Shown here: positions 55,022 to 64,000 of the stretch, one piece after another
Layout: each line of letters begins with the position of its first letter
Position numbering within the stretch: the stretch's first letter is position 1
Origin: Oikopleura dioica
Lineage: Eukaryota > Animalia > Chordata
Length of the DNA stretch: 64,000 nucleotides
Assembly: GCA_907165135.1 (NCBI GenBank)
Contig: OU015568.1
Span: 12,896,001-12,960,000 of the forward strand
Direction of reading: 5' to 3'
Program-made: the position numbers and the translations under genes
Notes under the pieces: model-generated
The model's input: the letters and a program-made list of their open reading frames with translations, nothing else
The model's database searches: none
Told to the model about the DNA's origin: nothing

Positions 55022-56011
55022 GGGAAAAAAGACGTTCTCCACGCACTTGCCAGGGCGAGTTCTTAAAAGGGCGCACGAGAGGGGCAAGGGTGGAGCAACT
55101 GAGGCACGCGCAAGTAACGCGGTAGGAGATGGGCACACCCGGTAGGATATGAGGATTAGCAAATTAGCAGGAGCCCAGGTGATGTGCGCGGTAAGATATT
55201 TGGGTAAGCAAATGAGCATAATACCAGGTGTCATCGGAACATTTGCGAGCGGAAGTTCTCTCATCATTATCATCAAACAGCGGACAAAACAACTGGAAGT
55301 AATTAGATGTCGCCAAAAGGTTGGACATATATATATCATTCGACTCAGAATTTTCTCATCAAGATGGATTTCACAGAATCTGTCGCAAAACTAATATGCT
55401 GGCTCAAAAGAGCAGCCTCATCTTTTTTACATCACAGAGGGAGTCCATAAGACCTCTATAAATTACCATTTACAATATGGACGAGGAGATGCGAGATGGA
55501 ATATGCATGTTCGAGCATGCTCAGCCAAAGCAGCGATTCTTCAGTGCAGTTCGGCTGATTCAAAAGTAAACCCTTGCAAAGGAACAGCCAAGATTGAGAT
55601 TCTCGACCCAAAACTCATCATCGTCGAAAGGAAAGAAAACGTCAAGAAGCCAAGAAACGTCTTCAAGCTCAACTACGATCATCCGGACGTCAAAGACATC
55701 AAGAAATACGGCAAAGTCACCACCACCAGAGACCACTGCAAAAAATAAGTCTCATATTTGAATTCCTCGCATTTGTTTACCCTAGAATAGATATAAGTAG
55801 AAAAAAAACTTATTCGAAGTTGAAGGTCTTGAAATTATCCTCGTTGATTTGACCCGCATTTGTAGCTCAATCTGGGCTATTTAGCTTCATTTGCAATTGT
55901 CTTGTGTCCTACCGCGTAACTTGCGAGTGCCTCAGCTGATTGACCTCGAACCTCTCGCGCGCCCTTTTCAGAACCCGCTCTGGCGAGTGCGTGGAGAACG
56001 TCTTTTTATCC
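55022..56011. mobile_element. Non-autonomous long-TIR DNA transposon (MULE- or hAT-like)
   Basis: About 105-bp imperfect TIRs at 55022-55127 and 55907-56011, GG...CC termini, exact 8-bp flanking duplication TGTTATTC (55014-55021, 56012-56019). Confidence 0.88.
55364..55748 (+). pseudogene. Frameshifted ORF carried inside the transposon
   Basis: MDFTESVAKL, then a 1-nt frame change near 55392, then YAGSKEQPHLFY...LQCSSADSKVNPCKGTAKIEI...DHCKK*. Confidence 0.45.
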
Positions 56012-56212
56012 TGTTATTCTTTTGAACAGTTTCGGAATTGAACTCGAACAGTATCAGCTCTTTAGGAAAAACTTGTTTTCAGTGATGAAATAACTCTTTG
56101 TGTTATTGTAACTAATGTCTTCATCATCAATGTTCGTAGAGTGGCAGGGGTTTTGAAGAAGATTTTTTTTGGATTTTTTTCCTTTGATTTTTGAACGTTA
56201 TTTTCAGTGTTG

Positions 56213-58080
56213 TTAGGCATTGTGTTCAGTCTGGAAATCTTTTTTGTTTCGCTTGCAGATTTTTCGCAGACAATGGCGGTTGAACTCGTCTTTTCTGCGG
56301 AAGGACTTGTTGCAAGGCTCACATTTGTACTTTTTGAAGGAAGAGTGTGTGTCTTCGTGTCCCTTGCGGTGATCAGCGCGGAGAAAGCGTAGATTGCAGA
56401 CTAAAGATAATGTGTTAAAGGTTTTGCAATTTCAAAATGAAAGAAAAAGAGTATGGGTATATTCTGTGAGGTAATGATGTTTAATTTTGACCTTGATGAA
56501 TAAATCAATATTTGAGAATCTACGTAGGCTATTGAAACGTAACGAGCGGACGTAAACGTCAGGAGAATACTTCGAGTGGGCTGACCAAATAAAAAACGTA
56601 ATGCTCTATCAAAATTTAACAAAGGAGGTCTACAAACATGGAGCGTCGATGTCACGCCCTACGTCACGCAAGTTTACGGCCACTGCGTCAGATCCTCCCA
56701 CAGCATTTTTTATACTATTAATTCTAGCAGACATAGGAAAAAGGTCTACTAATTCGAAAATCTAGCTAATTCCTGCGGTCGACACGGTGAATGAATTAAA
56801 TGTTAGCTAGTCACTAGTCATTAATCAAAAATCTGAAAGGTTTTTGAAAATATTTGCTTACAATTTATAAGTTATAAAGAAATCAAGTTCGAATTCGGAT
56901 GTATGAACCTTGAGATCACGATGAGCCGAGAAATGAGCGACTCACTTGTTTCAAGTTTGAGTGTGAAATTCTGATTCTCAAATTCCGTCGAATAATCTCG
57001 ACGTGACTAGTCCTAACTTGATGATAGCTCAATAATGATTTCAACCCTCTAGACTGGGGCTAGTCATCAATCATCGATGCGGGGGGCGGTCGCAAGGTTG
57101 ATTAGGCCTGTGGCGTAGAAAAAAGGATGATTCGTCCCACACGTTCCGCCAAGAAGACTTTATCAACCCTCTTTATTTATCTACCCACTCACTTCCTCTA
57201 ATCAGAATCTAGTCAGAGAATTAATATTTTTACTTACATCGGCATTGATATTTTCGTTCATTAGTGTGGCTTCTCTCGTGGCGAAGTTTTTCCTCCTTTC
57301 GGACAAATCGTTTCGGGCAGTAGTCGCATTCAAACTTTCTGTTAGCGGCCTGAGAAGCATCGTACTGGCCATGTTCTTCCACCTGTCGAAGACATGGTGG
57401 CTTACTATCGGCAGAAGAAGTTCGTGACGAGCCTTCTGGAGGAGTAATGAGCCGCTGAGGCGAGCTACAAGCACTTCCTGTCGTGATATTCAGCTGCTCG
57501 AAATTCGCGCCAACCGAATTCGAAATGCTCGAGTTTGACCGTGTTTCTGAAGAAATGCAAGTCCGCAAGAGAGCAGCTTGGTTCATATTGCTGTCGTCCA
57601 TATCATTTTCTGTTACATCAATTTCTTCTAAATCAGAGTCTTCGGCCATATCAGTCGGGCTCTCTTCGCTGAATTGTTCTCTAAATATAATTATTAGAAA
57701 CTTAATAACTTTATAGTCAGATTTAATAGCTTTTATGTTTGTCCTAGACTCGTGCTATCAGATCGTTTATTCTCCGATAAAGTATTTTTTTTCTTTTTTA
57801 TTGTTTTATATGGCTGAGGTTGTTTCTCATTTATTAAAGTATCGTAAACTGAATCTACTTGGATTGGACCTTACCGGTATCGTTGCTCTTGAAACTGTCT
57901 GTAGTAAGGATTCGGCTTGATCACTTGATAGCTAGGTTGAAGTACGAATGGAATGGCGACAGGATAAGTGAATCGAGGGGGAGAGTGGTGGTGGAACTGT
58001 TGTTCTTGGTGTTCAGGATGGATAAAGGGATATCCAAACTTTCTGTGAGTTTCTTCCGGGGAGGAATCGACCATCGTCAT
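56213..58080 (-). CDS. Three-finger C2H2 transcription factor, EGR/KLF-like recognition helices; 3 exons
   Basis: FECDYCPKRFVRKEEKLRHERSH, YQCR|FCNLRFLRADHRKGHEDTH (split by an ~830-nt intron), YKCEPCNKSFRRKDEFNRHCLRKIC. Confidence 0.85.
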
Positions 58081-58745
58081 CTCTGCGTATTAGAAGGGCG
58101 TCTTTATAGCTCTAGCTAATGGTCGTCTAGCGCCACTGTGAAGGTTTTTTTCCCTTTCGATTTTGAGGGAATCTCCAACATGCTCATCTCTTTATAGTGG
58201 CATTCATGAGTCATCACAATTTGTCTAGCGCTGTTGCGTCGCAGCAGCGCGTCGCTAAAGCGTAAATGCGGCGCAGCGCGCAATGCGGTCAGGAATGACC
58301 ATATAAACCTACCATAGTTATGTAATACAGTTCACATGGTTTAACATGCATTAATTCATATGCTTAATATTAATTTTGATTGAATTAAAATAAGTATAAG
58401 TCTTATTATACTAGTTATATAGTCAGAAATGTCAATTTATTTTAACAGTTCTCCATCAAAATCGAAATACTTTTATTATAAATATAATCAGAGATCGACT
58501 CTGCTCGTGTAATTTTAACTTAAAATTTTTAAGTAGATTGTTGATTATTTGCTACTCAGTATAATAATATCAGGATATAAAAATTAACGCAAGCTGTTAT
58601 TTTTTACGTTATTGTTTTTCAAAACAGTAACTGTCCTCCTCCATGGGTACCATGGTACAGCAAAGTAAGACAGCCCCAAATGTTTTGCTACTGTTTTATA
58701 ATATCGTGAGGGCGTTCGTTTCATAAAAAACTCTTGAGCAAACAG

Positions 58746-59218
58746 TCACGTTACGTAGCGGACGTAAACGTAGCCGCACAACAAAGCCTGTGTCATCGTG
58801 CCAACGGGCTCGGATTCAAGGTCGAACTGTGAAATTTTATGCCCATGAATAAAATCTAAATGATACAACTCAAAATTTGCGGGCGCGGAATTTATACTCG
58901 TAGAAACGGTGTCAGACTGTTGTTGAGTCGCGAAGGACACCCAGATTTGTTTTTCTAACCCTTCTTTATTGCTACGATACTTAGGGAGTAAGTCGTAGGG
59001 ATTCGTTTTTATTGGGGTACTCTCCAGCTTACATATCCGGGTTCTTCCAAAAGAGCAAAAGATTCTTTCGCCAACAAATTTCCATGATTGGCTTGGAACA
59101 TATGCGCCCTGCAAGAAGGAGAAAAAATACGTCGTGGGATAGGACTTGAATAATTTACTATGACGTAGACGGAGACGTCACACGTCGTATCTTTTATTAT
59201 AAACAGAATAGAGGTCAA
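58746..59218 (-). CDS. Possible orphan gene
   Basis: ORFs 59009-59218 and 58746-59114 can be joined by a plausible GT-AG intron; no recognisable domain. Confidence 0.25.
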
Positions 59219-60698
59219 GAGTTACACCGCAACATTTGCTCGCGAACGCCCTGAAGAACAGCTGTGTTTCGTATCAATTCACTTTGAATTAGAAATTTTT
59301 CCGCAGATAAACGCATACGTAATGACGTTTTTACGCTTTGCGCCGTGAATATGAAATAAATGAGACTGACTTCTTTCTTGTCAAAGCCAACGATTGGTTA
59401 TAAACAAATTCTCTCTCATTAAAAATCAAATTATTGAGATTTAATTGAGAAAACAATTTTTCACGCAACCAGACTAACATCGCTTTTATCAGTCCTTAGA
59501 AAAGCTGGTTCCCGGAACTCATTTTGAACTCATGACTACTCGTTTCTCTCTAACCTATGACAGTGAAAAGCTGCCAACGTCATAATTGACAATTACAATG
59601 TAAACGTAATTTTATGGCTCTTTAAGTGACTTATTTTCACCCTTACTCACTTTTTGTTGTTCTTCTGTCGTCAGAATGATAGACAAAAAGTAAAGGGTAG
59701 TTGCACTTGAGATTGATTAATTATAATTGAAAATCAAAATTCTGTTATGTTTCTTGGGATCATTGAGCCGGTATTTGCGTCAACAGGATTTCGAATTGAT
59801 TTATAAGGTATAATTTATAAAAAGAAAACCATGCTTTATTGGACGTTTTTGCGTACATACTACGCATTTAGCACCAATAATTTTATGGGGACGTTTGTTA
59901 AAGAACCCAGGGAGCTGATATTTTTACGGCTTTCTTTTATTCCATAGATTAGCAGTAAAGTTAAGATACATTTTTCCGCAAGAAAAAAGGTCAAAAAGAG
60001 CGGATGGAATTTTTAGCCACTGGATTCTATATACGTAAAGGAGGATATATTTATTCCGTGGGCGCAAAGTTTGAGAAGAAAATTGACTCTGACGAATGTG
60101 TGATGTGTCTAATTAGATTGGGCTTGAATTTCATCCCCTTTCCTCATAATTGACGGGCGGTCATCGCTAGAGAATCTTAAGCTATTCCTAAGTGAAACTG
60201 TCTTTCACTGACGATTTCTACGTCACTCAGCGAAGCCTACATCACTAAGAATCATTCAATGACCCTTGTTTCCCCGAGGGAATCATGCCATAATTACTCG
60301 CATCTCTGAGGTTGGACAGATTCTTCATCGAACGTGCGTGAGGATGAATTATTGAGGACGCACACGCTCTTGATGATAAACTTCCTAATTCAACAACGCA
60401 TTCAATATAATCATTAAAAATATGTCTTCTTAATTTTTGATTGTCAGATGGGTTGCAATTTGCAAGTGGAATTTTCCTGACGAGGGTCTGAGTAAATTTC
60501 CTGGTTGTGACAACCCGCTTCAAAACTCAATATTGACTAGCCCGCACGATATTTTTGTTTAATTTTCTCGAATATTCGTCGAGATAAAAGAGATGGCCTT
60601 CTTTGTGTCTTTTCATCATTTGTAAATTCCAAAGTGGTGTTTCTGAGAGTATATAACAGTTTTTTTTTCGACGGCATTTCAAATTTATTTTTAATAGA

Positions 60699-61673
60699 AT
60701 GACTATTCAAGTTGGATACTGGAACATCCGAGGCCTCGTTGGCGGTGTTCGACTTATGCTGGAATATGCCGGAGCGGACTGGAACGAGACTTTCTATGAA
60801 GGTAATTTCCAAATTTGAAACTGGATTGAAGATACATCTTCTCATAGCTCACAAGACAGAAGCTGGCTGGGACCGAACTGAATGGACAAATGTTAAGGCG
60901 ACAGCTGAGTTCCAGGAGGGATTTGCTTTTCCAAATCTTCCATACTTGATAGATGGCGATGTGAAGATTTCACAATCGACTGCGATGCTCAAATATATTG
61001 CGAGGAAGTTTGATATCGGACAGAAACTCAACGATACAGGTATTCATTTGATTAGGATTGCTGCGATTTAACTGTTCTTTTACAGAGGCCTGGAGAGTCG
61101 ATCAAGCAGCCGATCAAATCGTTGATGTTCGAGGAGGCTTCGTCGGGCTTTGCTACGGTTTCCGGTAAATACAATATTTCAAAGGCATTCAATTCTCATT
61201 TCAGGCAGAACCCCCTTTGCCCAGCGCGAAACTTTCTGCGAAAACACGCTGAAACCACAGCTGAAGCAACTTGATCGATACATGAGCGGGTGCAAGTTCG
61301 TCGCAGGAGAGACTCTTTCCTACGTTGACTTTATGTTCTGGGAGATTTTGGATCATATGGAGTTATTTGACGCCTCGCTTTTCGATGGACTTGGTAAGTT
61401 GTTTATCGGCGTCTGCCCACCACAAAGCTGGGTCCTCGACCTTATCGCCTGCCGGCATGTGCGGAAATCCCCACCGATATTTAATGAATTAATAAAGATA
61501 TATCCATTTAACCTGAATTTGCTTCTTTAGAAAACATCAAGGCCTTCAAGAAGCGATTCGCTGAACTGCCAAAAATTGCAGCTTACATTTCCTCTCCAAA
61601 GTTCATGCGCGGCCCATGCAATAACAAAATGGCTGCTTGGGGAGGCGATAAAGAATTGAAGAGAACATGGTAA
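60699..61673 (+). CDS. GSTM: Glutathione S-transferase, mu class
   Basis: GYWNIRGL...[54 protein letters not shown]. Confidence 0.92.
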
Positions 61674-61855
61674 ACGATGTCCATCGTTTTTTTTTTAGAA
61701 AAAAATTAACTCTGATCTCTCTTATTCAATCATTTCTTCCTTTCGACCTCTTTCCGACGATTTCAATTTAATTTCGCTTCAAAATTAGTTCAAATAAACG
61801 TTCATTGATTTTCCTTGAAAGAAGATTCTTTCGCAGAATGAATAAAAGTGCTAGA

Positions 61856-62683
61856 ATGAGTACACTTGTGCAGTATGTTGTTGTGCGTCGAGATCTGAAC
61901 TGGCCCCTAGGATAAAGGAAGGCTACGAAGCAGCAAATATCAATTTACGATTATTTTTAATTTACGATAATTTTTAATCACGCATTGTTCAGGTTCTCAA
62001 TCGCTTCTGCTGTGATAATCAAAGTATCACGAGGCAATAACCAATTTCGTAGCTAATAAGAAGGTTTTGACGAAGCTGCGGTCTCGTTGAATTTTTATTA
62101 TTGCATCTGATCGCTTATTTTTACATGGAATAAAGGTGACGTCAATTAACCCGATAAAAGCGCGCTCATCGGTCAGGGATGCCATGCTTCCTGCGCGGCG
62201 ATCCATCTTTGGCATGGACACGAGCAAACGCAAGCATATCTCAAGGTAGCCCAGACCATCCTCAAAGACGTATGAATAGCCAGAGAGTGTTAAGGATCTC
62301 GATAACATGCACAAAGTCATCTTGGGAGCAAAATCGGAGGAGCATTTAAACAAGCTTGCTAAAAAGCTTGAAAACAACAACGTAGATTTCAAGGATTGTT
62401 AATAATAACCGGTGTTTTATGAGTGAGATGATGTTGGTAGTACTGATTCATTAAATAATAATCCGCAATGAAGCTATGGATGGAACAGCCAGAAAACTAT
62501 CCCACTGCGCTCGCCCTCAGGCCTTATCCTAAGGACGATGTCAAGAAGCTTTTCAAAGGTGCAGCTCGTCAAGTTCACATATTTCTTTAACTGAGGGTTT
62601 GTTCAGGTTTCAATCTTTTGACTAAGCAAGACGAGCCGAAAAGCGTACCTGAAACAAAGAATGCAGAGCCTAATACAGAATAG
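61856..62683 (+). CDS. PTRHD1: Peptidyl-tRNA hydrolase domain protein PTRHD1
   Basis: [14 protein letters not shown]|[35 protein letters not shown]; two non-canonical introns are needed. Confidence 0.88.
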
Positions 62684-62724
62684 ACAATAATTTAGTTTAA
62701 TTAATCGATTTTTCTTTGCTTAGA

Positions 62725-64000
62725 ATGGCAACGATCGAGGCCTCTGGTAGTACAGTCCGGAAGATTCTTCACAATCAGAATTTCGACCAGAGCACTTTCA
62801 GAGGACTGAGGAAGAATATCTCATTATCAAAGCGACGGAAAACAAGAGAATCAGATGAAAACTCGAATTGTAAGCGAAAACGTCTTGTGGAAGACGATCT
62901 CGATCCGAGGATCTTTCAAGAAGACTTCGATCTCGCATCTGACGAGGCAGAGCGATTATGTACTTATTTCAGGTAGGTGTAACAAAATTATTTATTTCTT
63001 TATTAAATGCTCTTAAATTTCAAATGGTTATATGGAAGACTTTAAGTTCTTACTTGATTGAACTTTATGGGGAGAGAGTTGAATAGGTTTATTATTTCGA
63101 GACTTAAAACTTTTATTGTATTTATGGCACGTATTTACGTCAATATCTAAACTTCAAAATATTATTATTATAACACGAAGTTGTAATAGACAATAAAACG
63201 GTTCTTCAGAAAAACACTTGAATCCTCGCCGAGTAAGTTCTCGCTGGAAAAAATTTGTACGTCTGCTAGTTTTCTGCGACTGACAGCAAACCTGAGGGAT
63301 CTAGCTCGCTCCGCCACATATGAGTTGCTCTGGAGTTTGGTGAATATTACAGCCGTCGCCCCAGAAGAACTCATTTCCCACCTTTTTTGTCAGCCGTCGA
63401 GACTTCTGGAAGACATAAAGTTCATACTTACAGCTTTGGTTTTATCTACGATTGTTAACCATTTTCAAGTGGAAAAAGATTTCATGCATAACAAACCATC
63501 ATGTCAGAAAGAGAGGAGAAATCGCTTCCTTTGCTCTGCCTTGCCTGCTGGATTTTGGGAAATCTAGCTAACAGTTCTGTTGGTATTCGAAACGCTCTTC
63601 TCCGAAGCAATGTTACGGAGCGCATTGTGAGTCTCCAAAAGTTCGATGAAATTGTTGACGAGCAATTTCTGGGCACACAGTCTTGGGCACTCGGTACGCT
63701 TCTGGGTCTTATGAGTATACTGCTTTATGAGTTATTCTTCCTAGGATGTCTATTACAAGGGAAAAATCCACCAGCATCACACAGCCAGGCGATACGGTCT
63801 CTCCCTCGTCTTCTCTTCCTCCTGGACACATGTAACGAAAAAATCAAACTTGACGTTCTCAAGGCTCTCACATCCTTCACAGAATTTTCTGGTTCGTCCT
63901 TCCATTATGAAAGTCTGTCTTAATCGTATCTTAGAGCGCTGCGATGCACTGGCCACTCCATATTTCATCGAAAAGATCATTTCATTTCTTGACCGTGATA
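62725..64000 (+). CDS. Divergent importin-alpha-like ARM protein (runs off window end)
   Basis: IBB-like basic N-terminus (FRGLRKNISLSKRRK...KRKRL), ELLWSLVNITA, CWILGNLA...IRNALL, SWALG.L..GKNPP motifs. Confidence 0.7.

Noticed and set aside
56544-58772. Shared 15-mer AGCGGACGTAAACGT at about 56544 and 58757
   Set aside because: Similarity does not extend into the flanks.

Overview
Gene-dense eukaryotic genomic DNA with very short introns (mostly about 35-60 nt), closely packed co-directional genes whose ATG sits 1-2 nt after a splice-acceptor AG, and GA/GC splice donors. These traits fit a larvacean tunicate (Oikopleura-like); this is inferred from architecture, not a database match. Content from left to right: a secreted PLA2-like gene with mutated catalytic residues; a minus-strand operon-like run (PHF12, PTGR2, PIGL, SMU1, C19orf53, PRCC, MTBP-like, CK2alpha) divergent from WRAP73-ODAD2; an island of extracellular or orphan genes (GPI-type LRR protein, two head-to-head secreted low-complexity/EF-hand paralogs, a tandem-domain orphan, a single-Kunitz peptide, a PLAC8-like gene); PARP1; a lamin lacking the Ig fold; an Akt-like kinase; a poly-Thr GPI mucin; SRP72; an EGR-like zinc finger; GST-mu; PTRHD1; and a divergent importin-alpha cut by the window end. 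Two clear non-autonomous DNA transposons and one TIR-bearing insertion in an LRR exon junction are visible. The most novel-looking system is the pair of secreted EF-hand proteins carrying aromatic low-complexity domains, one with reflectin/prion-like composition. All gene models and homologies are from manual translation and recalled family motifs.
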